DNA from: Rhizodiscina lignyota
Taxonomy: Eukaryota
DNA: 64,000 nt
NCBI GenBank assembly: GCA_010015805.1
Contig: ML978129.1
Coordinates: forward strand, 248,001-312,000
Direction: 5' to 3'
In this document: piece by piece, positions 46,627 to 59,319 of the stretch
Position numbering within the stretch: position 1 is the stretch's first letter
How the letters are laid out: each line of letters starts with the position of its first letter
The notes under the pieces: model-generated
Database searches by the model: none
The model's input: the letters and a program-made list of their open reading frames with translations, nothing else
Told to the model about the DNA's origin: nothing
Position numbers and translations under genes: made by a program

Positions 46627-49600
46627 CTACTCCTCCAAGACGGGCTGCACCGCCGTCCCGGCAAAGCCCTGACTCACGCTACTCTTACTCGCCTTTCTCC
46701 CCAAATTAAAAGCGCTCAGCCTCTTCTTCACACTGCCGAAGCGATTCACAGCTCCTCCTCCACTCTGCGGACTCCTCGGCATAGCGGTCTTCCCCATCTC
46801 CGCCTCCTCCACTCTATCCCGATCAACGCTAAAGCTGCGCATGCCTGTTCTGGTATCATCGACACCGACACCCTGCTGAGTGCTGCCCGCAGAGTTCAAG
46901 AATGCCCTCGGTTCTTTGGCACTCATATCAGTGGCAACCTTCTTGAGTCCCTCTCCAGCCTTCTCCGGACTCTGTGGTCGGTCTGCTGTGGGTGGACCGT
47001 CGGCCAAGTCTTGGTGCTTAACATTGAAGAAGCTTGCACGTTTCAAGAACGCAAGGCTCAACCTATTCTTCTCGTTCGGCTTGATGCGCGGCTCTGGAGC
47101 GTTCTGTGGAGAACCTCCACGGCCACTTTCGTGGGAAGGTCGCATCATCGAGGTCCGGGAAGTTATAGCATTCGGTGGAGAGAGCGGAAGGGAGTGGTTG
47201 ACAATCCAGGAGGTGGTTGGTTCCGGTGCATTGGTAATCAGAGGTGCAAGGACGTCAAGTTCTGGTGCGAAGGTCGACTCGAAGCCTGAATAGAGTAAAT
47301 TAGCATCGTATCGAATGCAAGAGAGTCAAAAGCTTTAGGGTAGGTATGAGTCAAGAGACGGGGTACACTTACGTTGCATCAGATCCGCCTGCGTTGCCTT
47401 CTGATGCGCTCTGGAGTAATGGCTGAGACAGCGCTTCAGCACTAGCGCATGGTCAATCAGCGCGACTCGCAAAGCGTTCTCAAGCGGATCTAATGGTGGC
47501 TCCTCTCTCTCCATATCGTCATCTGTCTCGGCCTCTGAATCATCATCGGCGCGCTTCGGCAGCAAGTCGCGATAATGCGACACACTGGATTCGGATGCCG
47601 GATCGACAGCGAACATGAGCGCCTCGGTGAGTGGAGTGTAGGCTGTATCGTCGCCTTCGAGGACGCGCTTCTCCAACGCAGCAAGTTCGCTTGTCTTGCG
47701 TGTTGTACGCTCGATTGCTGCTTGGATGGCGGTCAAGGTGATCGTGCCGACTTCGACAATCTCGCTTCTGCGGAGAATGGTCGGGAAGGACTCTGCTGTA
47801 GTGTAGACTGTCTTCTCGACAGTTTGTTCCTTGACACCCCCTTCGCTCCCCTGGCGTCTTGTATGAGAAGTGAAAACGTTTGGCCGCGCTAACAAATGGT
47901 AGTCCCGAACTGATTGCGCAACCTTGGCACGTTGATATACAGGGTGCAACAAGTCCTTCTGTGGACTGACAGGGAAGACTTGTAGGTACTGGCCCTCCAG
48001 ATCTTCCTCGGTGCCTGAGCCAAGGATTTGTGCGGATGGATGCTGCTGCTGTAAACGGTCTTTGAAGCTCTCCAGACGGTCAGCCGCAGTGCCTTGAAAG
48101 ATGAACTGCTTATCTCTGAGAGTTGGCGGGAAGCCAAGACCCTTATAGACAACGCGGAAGTATCGCGGACTGTGCTGTTCGCCCTTGCTTATGCTTTCGT
48201 AGATCGTGGCCATCGCCCTTTGCGTACGGGCGAGCTTGGCAAAGTCAAAAATATTCTGTTCATATTGCGTCGAGAGTTCGATGTAGCACCCAAGCGCATT
48301 GTCCCAGGATTGTCCATCCTCAAAGTGCTTTATCATCTGGAAGTAGAGTTGCTCTTTTCTTTCGAAGGCGGTTTGTGTTGGGAATTGCGGGTCCTCAAGG
48401 GGCTCTAAGAGGCCATTAGGATCCCAGTCATACAACTCCGCGTGTAAGCGTAGAGCAAGGCCTGCTTCAGTGTTGTTTTTGGCGTCTGTCTGAATGGAGG
48501 CAAGCTGGTGAACATAGCGAATATAGATGTCTTCTCGGTGCATGTCCTTCAGGAATTCCATGAGATGCAAGGTGTCCATGATGCGGAATGCTTCGCCAAT
48601 TGACTCAACGCCGTGAACAGCGGCTAGAAGATCGAGCAGCTCATCAATCGTGGCGACAAGCGACTTGACAGCAACCAGTAGTGGCTCCTCATCTTTGTGC
48701 GCAAGAGGCTCGAACAGATTCAGAAGTTCTCCGATGAACAGCTTCTGCACAATCGTCTCTGTCGGATTCTTTGTCTTGAACAGTCGGTCGAGGCAGTCGA
48801 TCATCTCAGCTTGAATGAGGCTCAAGTCTTGACTGAGCGTCCATTCACTGACGATCATTGTTTGCAGCACGCTTGTTGCAACACTGCGCAGGCCTTCATG
48901 GACGCTGAGGCACAACTCCACAATGGGCGCAACCAAGCCAGGAACATATTGGACCTGGTAGCCGCCAAGCTTCTCCAAGCCGTATTGCTGCCTGTCTTCG
49001 GAGCTTGTTTCCCATCCGATAGCTTCCCAGCTGCGTCGCAACAGATCGGCTCCCTGCTCGCGAACATCGCCAGCAATCTTCCAGACTGCTCTGCGCTTTT
49101 GCTCAGGGAAAGTTTCAAGTGCCAAAGCGTCACTGCCAACCAGCTTGAGCAGGGCATCAAAGAATGCTCGCCACAGCTCAGTATTGAACTGGTCGGCATC
49201 GTCTGGGTGAGGCAGAAAGAGGTCGATCAGATTGCTGGAGAGTTTCTCGAGCGATCGCATCGCAGATCTGTGATGGTAGATGTGCAAACTCAGCCACGAC
49301 CGAGGGAATGCATCTCCATCCAAGATTGAAATGTAGACTTGCAACGCGCTGAACAGGAACTCTGCCAGATCAGACTCGCCGAGGTCAAGGTGAATTAAGG
49401 TTGGAAGATTCGTTGTTCCGGCGAGTACCGAGGCGATCTCGATTAGTGCCTCATCGAAATCTGTCTCCGCCAAGATCGGTCGTGAAGGGAAAGGATAAGA
49501 AGTGGGGAAGAGTAGGGACAGACTCTTCTTTGGTGTTCTTGGTACAGCCTGTATTACACGATAGGAGTCCACAAGCTTAGGGATATAGTCGCAAGCTTCT

Positions 49601-52600
49601 TGACCTAGCTCGTTGACCTGAGATGCGACTACCGAGCAACATAGCCGGACTTGCTCTCTCCACTGCTCGGTGACTGCGTCTGTCTTTCCCCAGTAAGGTG
49701 CCAGCCACCGAACGGTATTTACAAGCAGTGCTCGCCTGTTCTCTGGAACCTTGAAGACGTCGAGCTCGGAAAGATGTATGATCAATACCAGTTTGTACAG
49801 GATGAGCTTTCCGTGCACACCTGCACATGAATCGATGAAGTCGGTGACCAGTTGCAAAATCTCTGTGGCCGTCATCACGCTTGTGAGTTCCGGGATCCAG
49901 GTATGGAAATGCTGTACAACCAATGTCTTTGTGCCAATCAAGATTGGGGTCGGATTGATCATCAGGCTCTCTAGAGACTTGAAGATATTTTGCAAGTCTC
50001 TAGTGAACGCTGCATTTGCACTTGAGCTTCCGCTGCCAGTCTCCTTGGCCTTCTGTTTCAGCTGCGGATGAGTGATGAATTTGAATATGTGGGATCCGAC
50101 TTTGAAAGTTGCGCGAAGCTTTCGTGACGCCTCGGAGTCGACTGGGTTCCCAAGAAGCCGGTGGAATGGCTTCATGATACCTGCCGCGGCTTCGGGTTGC
50201 TTGAACTTTGCATCCGCATACTGATCGACAAGAGGTCCGAGATTGAATCGTCGGTCGTGGACGATTCCAAGAACGAAAACGAGTGCACTAAAGACTAGAT
50301 CTTCGATTTCCTGCGAACCAGCGTAGTCTACGAGGATCTCGAAAAGAGCATCGAAGACTTCGTTCAGAAGTTTGACAATCTCGATTTCAGGGACGAACAC
50401 GAATCGCTTCAGTAGAGTCTTGAGATCATCGGCGCTGCTCTGAGACCACTTCAACAACCCCAGTAAGGTTGGATCCTGAGAGTATTTCGTGCTGCAAAGG
50501 TAGGTCCTAACGTGCAGCGAGGCCATCGTTGGAGCTGCACCTTCGCTGGGTTTCGGAGCATCCCATGGAAGCGCCAAGTACGCGCCACGACCTGAAATCA
50601 TACTGGACGTATATTCATCGTAGCTGTATAACGAAAGGGTATGCGGTCCGTCTCTTACGAAGGCTCCATCCAACCAAAGCGGCATCCAGCAAAGTGCAAA
50701 CGGAAAGCCTGGCGCATCGGCAATGCTCATGACAATATGGCAACCCGGGACATCGTCGGGGGCAATGGCGAGTCTGATGGTGAGGTTCCACGGTTCTCCC
50801 CTCTCTACAGCAGTTGTCCGCCATGCAGTGTGGCCTGCACTATTGCATGATGGGTAAATACAATTTTCTATTCTCTCACCTGTCGATCTCCGAACTTCAA
50901 GAGTGAGCTGCAGGTTTGCGAGTGATGTGGCCTGCGTCATGGACGCCGTGCCAAACTTAGGGTGCGCAAGATATGTGCTTTTTGATACGACAGCCTCGGA
51001 GAGTGTCAGATAAATATCACTTCGTGATTTGGTTGGCGCGCCGGAGAAGCCGATTTTCTTGGTCGGATTGACGTTGAGGAGCAATGTTGGCGTCTTCTGG
51101 ATAAGTGCTTCGACGTCGTCGTGCGTGAACGATTTTACGGAGACACCTAACGGGTGGGTGAATTTGAAAGTTTTGTAGTGCCCCGACACGCTTGGTAGCA
51201 ACTCGGGAATCAAATCGTCCCAAGTCTCATCTGGATCGCTTTTCTCCTCAATAGAGTATGATGGGGACCAGAATGACGCCGTAAGTTCTGCCTCATCATC
51301 TCGCCTCATAATTTCATCCACTCGCAAAACTGAAGTTGCTACCGTCCGCTTAACGAACTTCTGCTCCTTAGCTGACGGTGTTCGCGGCGGTTTCGCAGAG
51401 TTTGGCCGGGGTTCCGCAGGTCGGTCTCTGACTGCGCTGGGAGAAGTCGCGTTCCCGGGGGATTGTTTTGCACCCCAAATGCTTCGCCTACCGCCTCTCA
51501 CAGATCCCGTCTGCACTCCAGTCATGTTTGCTGGCTGGTCCGAGGTGCTGTCGCGTGACATTGAAGGCCGAGGATGTCCGTCGTGGAAGTGCTCATTTGA
51601 CAGTACCTTGAAAACGAGATACAGCTCAGAGCCAGTACCTGCGCCTTCTCCAATATCCGTACCACTCAGGTCTGCAAACAGCGTCTTCATGTTGACGTCG
51701 GCGTTGAGGTGCGCATTCGAGATATCCATAGCGAAGACTTCTGAGATGGGCCTAAGTGGCTCGCCGGGGACCTTTAAGCAAAGATGAATTGCCATAGTCG
51801 TCGACGTACTGACTTCTCCGAACGAGTTTGAGAGGGCTACAAACAGATGATGCATGATGTGTTCATCTACCGGCGGCTGTGGTCGCTCGATGAGGAGACT
51901 CATCTCTGACTGCAACTTGCTAATCTCAACTGGCGAGTCATCGCTCGTTAGTATCCGACCTCTCTGGGATGGACTTCGCACGATGACCTCTCCAGAGAGC
52001 ATACGATTGCCTGCCACGAGACCCCAGACAGTTCGCTCTCGTAGTTTCCGGAGCTCATAAGCTGTCAAGACCTTGTGTAGAAGCTGCCTCCTTGCAGTAT
52101 CCAGTCGTTGTACTAAGCTCGACATCTTGTCTAATGAGGTGTAATGTCGCGCGAGGAGCAACTCATGCACTTTTGTCGAGTGCCATTCCCGTAGACACGA
52201 TGCTATTTCGTCAACCAACGGTTCTTGCGCGGAGGTAGGTGTCTCGTCTCCAATCTTGAGCATCGGTACTGGTGCTGGCGGCTTCGTGCCACTGTGTTCG
52301 CGAACGGAGGCTATGGACATCGGGGAGAGGGGAACGTTGATGGGTTGAGATGCTTGACTTGTTCGTGCCGGAAGACTCGCCAATTTCATACTGTCCACAA
52401 GGGCAGACCTTTTCTGAGTCGTGGATGGCGGTCGGCCTTCCTCCTGGCGGTTGTTGCGGTACTTAATAGGTGTACTGCCGTCTACATCTGGCACAGGTGG
52501 CACAGGCGACGAACTGTGGGTGGGTGTGAGAACGCCATTGATCTCGCGACTCGCATTCGTTGCTGAGCGTGAGTGGCCGGCAGACATCCCAAGTTCGTCA

Positions 52601-52887
52601 GTCTTCCGTCTATCCTCCCCCAGCACCTCGCGGATCTCCACACAACATTTTGGAAAGACGCCAGAAAAGACTCGCGCCTCAAGCGTTTGTCCCTTCACGC
52701 TCGTCAGACCAGCCAACAATGACGGCGGGGCCACCAGGTAGCCACGATACCACGATCCATCGTCCCCACCCTGCTCAATTATGTACAGTTCGTCTCCAAT
52801 ATCAAGAGGAAGGTCAGCGGCGGAGGAGGGCTGAAATGGGTATATGCAGACACCGAAGGCAATGCGAGGGAGTGGTCGCCAGGGCAT
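46627..52887 (-). CDS. DOCK-family (DOCK180/Dck1-like) Rac guanine-nucleotide exchange factor, ~2057 aa
   Basis: N-terminal SH3 (IYPFQP..DLPLDIGDELYI..WYRGY..GVFP), DOCK_N region, DHR-1/C2 (RSDIYLTL..TYLCSTKYSQD..LLGLLKW), DHR-2 (YIRYVHQL..EAGLAL.LHA, YFRVVY.GLGFP..LRDKQFI, FPTILRRSEI). Intron 47372-47286 joins in frame (MQR|FESTFAPEL). Confidence 0.95.
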
Positions 52888-54710
52888 GGCAGCTATCGAA
52901 GTGCTCTAGGCCGTGAACACATAACGCGTGGAATAAACAATTGCTGAAGAAATGCGCACTTGAAGGCGCGAATGTGTCGTCGACCGCGTAGGGGGGTCTG
53001 TCGCGAGTAGGGAGGGCCAGCCAATCGCGTGGAGTTGCGGCGACTTTACGAGTCAATGCTGCAAGCAATGATGGAATCGAAGATGATTGCAGCGCGCAGG
53101 GAAGAGGACGAAGCGAGAGACAAGCCTGGCGCGGGGATTGAAGGTATGGTGGTGAGAAGGAGAAAGTATTTTGATAGCTCACGTCGTCCTCGCGTCTGCA
53201 AAAGCAAATCACCAGGTATAGGGATCGACTTACGGACTCCGCTTAGCTGCCAAGCAATTGTGACGGCTCGGGCATGTGCGCGCTAGGAAAATTAAACTCG
53301 CCAGCACGCCCGTCTGTGCTTGATGCTCTGTGAGAGATGCGCTCGATTAAGCTTCTTCTTTTCTTCTACACACTTTCTACACACCTCGCCGTGCTCGAGT
53401 TCTGCGCGGGTTTCAAGAAGCGTTGATCACGTCCCATGTCGTTCCTGGCCAGCTCCCCGCATGCTGTTTGGTTGTATTCATGTAACGTTCCCAGAACAGC
53501 TAGCCAGTAATCTCTCCTGCATGAGGCAGATGAGCCGGAGCAGCAAGCGACTGGCAATCACAGACATTCGCAGCTGATACCTATCCTCAGTTGCTGCTCT
53601 CAATGGACCTCGCCTTTGAGACACCCTGAGATGGCTGGCCTTGCCAGGATCACGAAAGATAGTCGAGTCGTTCGGCGAGTTCGGCGAGCGCGGCTTCTCG
53701 GGGCGTAGAAGATCTCCTACAGAGGCATCCCACGGACCAAAGCCGTGGCTTAATGAGCTGTCCTGCACGCTTTTTGTTGGCACGGCGAAGGATGGCTTGA
53801 TGGAGCAATGACGCCTTCTCACCGACAGCTAGTCTATCCCCAGACTCTGTCCTACATGTGGAAAACTTGCAGAAGCAGTCGACTTTATAGGAAGCTCAGG
53901 CAGAGTGTCACCAGGGCACGAATGATCTCCGCCCTCCCGTCAGGAGCATTTTTCCTTGGAAGTTATCAAGGCACCCTGCAAGAAATGGAGAGACCAGGGC
54001 AAGGGAGGACGACGCCCTCTTTCCCGGGGGATATTTTGCCGATGTATCCTGATAACTTGTCCGAATGTAGTCAGGGGGTTTGGACATGTGCTTGCCCTCC
54101 TTGCATTAGTGATTGCTTCAGGGGCGTCTTCGTCTTGAATTTACCATCGAGATCACCATACGTAATCACCCGAAATTCAATCGTGCTTATTTTCTGAGCA
54201 TCTCGGTATGAGATAGAAGTTGAAGTTTACCCTTCTCTACTGGAGCGTCGCGGAAGATCTCAACGTCGACTCCGCAGGAAGCGGGCCGCTGTAGCTTTCT
54301 GCCCACACACATACAGGTCACCTACCTTACATCGCACTCCAATTCGCTCGATGCTGGGTAAAGCTAGCATCTAGCACGACGATCCCTCCGCAAACAAGCT
54401 CCTCCGCTGCTCGATGCCTTTTTTGATTGCTTGCTGTGGAGCAACATCGAATGTAACGTAACGGTTCACGCCCATTAGTGCGTTCGTTCCTGGATTCAAT
54501 TGCATCATGTCGATATCTGCGGAGAAGGTACCTACAGCTGTACAGTTGTTGCGCTGCAGCACCACCTTCGCTCACTGCAGGACACATGCCGGTCGCTATC
54601 GAGTATGCCCGATGTATATAATGCGGTGGCTCTTGATTATAGCCGTGTTCGCCACGATTGTGTGGAGCTTTTTCGTTTCGAGTCCAGTGCTGCAATCCGC
54701 GGCGACAAGT

Positions 54711-57709
54711 ATGAAGAATTTCATAGCACCCGTATTTGTAGCTCTTTCTTTGCTCCAGCCAATCTCATCATACAGTGTTTATGATTTGAGCAATGTACAA
54801 TGGACTTTGAGTGACCCTGGAAACAATGTTTCCGTTCCCGGCTCGCTACCATCTCAGGTAACTACTTGACTCCATTATCTCGAATCTCCTTTAAGACATA
54901 ACTAATACATGGTTCAGGCACATCTCGATCTCTTCAAGGCTGGTGTGATTCCTGATCCGTATCTTGGTCTTGGTGATTTCACTTTGCGTTGGGTCCTTTA
55001 TTCAAACTGGACATGGTCGGGGAAGCTACCGTCAAGGTACGACGCTAAACGTCAAATGAGAATCGTGTGTTGATATTGTTTCTTACAGCTGCTACAGCGA
55101 CGGCGGTCAGAATTGGCTAGTCTTCAATGGTTTGGATACCTTCTCGAGCATCTCATTATGCGGAAAGCACGTAGCTGCAACGAACAACCAATTCCGGCAA
55201 TACTACTTTGACGTCTCGGATATCCTTTCATCATGCAACAGCAGCAGCCCAGAACTCAAGATCAACTTTGGCAGTGCCGTCAAAATTGCGAACGAAATTG
55301 CAGCACAGCCGGGACAAGAGACCTGGCCGTATCCTGTCGAGCAAGTATTCGAGTTTCCGAATCGCTGGTTTGTCCGCAAGGAGCAGAGTGATTTCGGTTG
55401 GGACTGGGGTCCAGCATTCGTCCCTGCAGGTCCGTGGCAACCCGCATACGTCGCCAGTCTGAAGTCGAACGATGTATATGTCAGGAACACTCTCGTCGAC
55501 ATTTATCGCAAGGGCCAATTGCCTTTAGTCCCTCCAGACCAGTCTCAGCCATGGGTTGTTAATGTCAGCTTGGACTACTTGGGGGATTTGCCAAACGGTA
55601 CCAAGTTGAAGTATAAACTTACGGATTTGAGCAATAAGACCATCGCGAGTGGCTCGCTTTCAAACGTAACAAGCTCCAAGGGTGTCATTGGTGGCACTAC
55701 CATAGTTGAAGATGGAGCTGTGGATCTTTGGTGGCCTGTTGGAATGGGTGATCAGACTCTATACTACCTGCAAGTCGACATTGTTGGCACGAGCAATTCT
55801 GCATCAGTCACTAAACGTGTCGGCTTCCGTACTATTGTCAGCAATCAGTTCCCAATTACCGACGAACAACTCGCGGAAGGCATTGCACCAGGAGCTAATT
55901 GGCATTTCGAAATCAACGGAATGACGTTCTATGCGAAAGGCTCGAATTGGATTCCTCCAGATGCATTCTGGCCAAGAGTTACGCCTGCAAGAATCCAGCA
56001 ACTGTTCGACTCGGTCGTTCTTGGTAACCAAAATATGCTCCGTGTCTGGGCGTCGGGTGCTTACTCGCCGGATTTCATGTACGACCTCGCCGATGGTATG
56101 TCTTCGTTTCATCTGATATAAATTTTGCCTCTAACAATCTGCAGAGTACGGAATTCTGCTCTGGTCAGAGTTCGAATTCGGTGATGCGCTGTACCCGGTG
56201 GACGAAGCATTCTTGGCGAATGTCGCAGACGAGGTGTACTATCAAGTTCGGAGGATCAATCATCATCGTACGCTGCACATCACTCACGCCCTAATTTATT
56301 CAACTCGCTAATTACATCCAGCATCTCTCTGCTACTGGGCTGGTGGTAACGAGCTGGAGAACTTGGAGCTGTCAGAGATTGCGCAATACGCTCCCGACCA
56401 ATTAGCCAGATACCAAGGCGAATATGAGAAGCTCTTCCTCGACACTATCGTGCCCATACTCTTTGGCAACTCTCATAGCATCTCATACTCACCAAGCAGC
56501 ACGAGCAATGGTTGGCTCAGCCTCGACTTCAACAAGTCCCAGCCCATCACTGAACGATACAACAACAAGACCAATGGATCAATCTATGGCGAGACGGACT
56601 TTTACAACTACGACTCCTCCCAATCGTTCAATCTTTCGGCATACCCCGTTGGCCGCTTTTCCAACGAATTCGGGTTTCACTCTATGCCATCTTTGCAGAG
56701 CTGGCAGGATGTATTAGAACCAAGTGACTGGCACTTCAACTCCTCAACAGTTGTGCTTCGCAACCACCACTACCCGCCTGGTGGGCCGTTCACAGACAAC
56801 TTCGCCAATGCTTCGAAGGGTATGGGTGAGATGACGATTGCAGTCGAACGGTGGTACCCTGCGCCTGACAAGACTGACTCTGTTGCGAACTTCAGCGCCT
56901 GGTGTCATGCTACGCAAATATTCCAGGCGGACCTCTACAAGAGTGAGATACAGTTTTACCGCCGTGGTTCCGGCTTGCCAGAGCGCCAACTCGGAAGCCT
57001 GTGGTGGCAGCTGGAGGATATTTGGCAGGCACCGACCTGGGCGGCTGTCGAGTACTCAGGTCGATGGAAGGTGCTGCAGTACATCGGCAAGGATATTTAC
57101 CAACATGTGATTATTGCGCCGTATTACAACGTCACCACCGGCGATTTGGAAGTCTATGTGACGTCCGATCTCTGGACGCCCGCGAAGGGCTCTGCCACGT
57201 TCACTTGGTACGACTGGTCGGGCAAGAAGTTGAACGTCAGTACCGCAAGCTCTGTAGACTTCACAGTCGGCGCAATCAACACCACGCGCGTACTCCACAC
57301 GAACGTCAACGAGTCGCTGGCGAACTTCGACATGGCTAATGCGGTGTTGAAGATGTCCGTTTCCGCAACGGGCTCGCCACCAAACTCGAATGCCTCGCAG
57401 ACATTCACGCATGAGAACTGGTTCCACGCGTCACCTCTGTCGTCTGCGAAGCTCGTGGACCCTGGGTTGAAGTACAGCTGGGACAGTAACGGCTCCTCAC
57501 TCACGGTGGAGGCGACCAAGGGAGTCGCAGCGTGGACGTGGATCGATTATCCACACGGTGCAATCCTCGCGTTTGACCAGAACGGATTCTGGTTGGGGAA
57601 GGGAGAGAAGAAGACGGTGAATGTGATGAAGCTATGGAGTGATACTACGAGCGGTGCTTGGACGAAGAATGTGACCGTGGAGAGCCTGTGGGATCAGACG
57701 CAGTCATGA
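54711..57709 (+). CDS. mndA: Secreted GH2 beta-mannosidase A
   Basis: Five exons. Signal peptide, [52 protein letters not shown], catalytic WAGGNELE and [24 protein letters not shown]. Confidence 0.93.
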
Positions 57710-59319
57710 GAGCCATTGAAGGTAATAATATCTAATGGGTTACAAACCATCTGCGTTTAATTAGGTGGAAGAATAGTAACAATCGGACTTCATATGTTCA
57801 TGTCGCAGACCAGAGCCTGTTCGCTCACTAACCATGCTGTCAAATTGCTGAAGGTGACTTCTGCACTCTCCAAACGTGTGGATGGAAGAGAGTTCGAGCA
57901 TCAGAGAAGACTGCTCGACTTTGGCGAGATTGTGAAGGGGAGGTCGTTGTCAGCCACACAAGAAACCCCACGTCTGGAGTGCGAGATCTCGATGAACCTT
58001 GGTCGTGATATCGATTTTTCTTTACTGGTTCCATGATTTTCATTGGTGTCGTACGAAGAGTCACCAAAACGTACTTGAGAGATCAAGAAGAGGCAACAGA
58101 ACCTTGTTTCTCGCTCTTTTACGCTTTTTGATGGAGACAAAGTCACTAAACAGAACATGTTTCCAGAACACGAGGACGCACGGAGGACAGCCCGTCGACA
58201 ACGCCGACATGTCTCGGCGTAGCCGCGTAGCTGGAAGCATTCAGCCTCGAAGCCATCCGATTTGAAGGAGCGGAGGAACGTGGCAGACCCACCCGTCGCG
58301 CGAGAACACGAGTTGAGCGCGCAATAAAATTTCCTATCCTCTCAACGGCTAAGCGTTTCGCTATATAGCAATCTGTCATCAGTTCTTCTCGCATTTGTTC
58401 GATCTGCTGCAAGCAGCGTTGGCGTGTGCTATTTCTGGGCCGCTCTAGCGTTGCCTCCGTCCAAATTCGTTCCCCTTGTCCATTCGCATTGGGTCGTATC
58501 CCGTTCCTTTTGGAAGTTTTTGACAGCGGCAATCTGGGGAAATTGCCGACGAATCCCTGGGCTGGAGTGCCAAGCTGCAGGGAACATTGGCTAGGAAGAC
58601 TTTGCTGCAAGGTCTAAGGGTCGAAATTCAATGCCAATTGGAAGCTTGGAAGCTGCACGACAAACCTGCAGGTTGCCGAACGAGGGACGACATCTCGTGT
58701 TCAATTCAACTTCCCGCAGCGCCATGAAGAATTACAGAGACGTCTGGCTTTGAAGCTCTATGTGGAGAGACCGTTGATAGCCCCCAGCTGCCTGTCTCTC
58801 CTTTTCCCTTCTCGAGTCTTCAGCCCGTTGATCTGGCCGAGGCGAACGGCATGCCTTGTCCAGGAGAGGTTCTGTGCACGCCCGCCGAGCGCCACAGCAC
58901 CCCCTCTGCGTATCACGACTCGCGCCTCCTTCAGAGGCCAGCCCGAATCTGTCTCTTGACGGCTTAGCCTCGTGGCAGAAAGATGGTGACTTTCGAGGCG
59001 CCGGCGCGGGCGCCCGCACGATCTCGCTGCCCGGTCCAAAAGAACACAGATGCAAGTGGTCATAAGCATCCTTCTGTGTGTGTGCGGCGTCGGAGTGTCA
59101 AAGGGGGTGCCGTCGCAGCACAATGCCCAGCCTTACTTACGATGCTCCCTCCGTCCCTGTAGTGCCGGCGCGTTTTTGATCCTCTGGATCTTTGCCTTTG
59201 TATATTTGCTCCTCTGGCCTCTTTTCAAAACGCGTCCTTTCTGGCGTGAGGAGCCCCAATTGAGCGACTTCCGTTTGCGTGTCGGGTGTCCCGACCGACC
59301 TTCCACTTTCACATAGAGC

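Noticed and set aside
47490..52741. Numerous antisense and alternative-frame ORFs inside the DOCK gene (and other long genes)
   Set aside because: Expected shadows of codon bias; no independent motifs.
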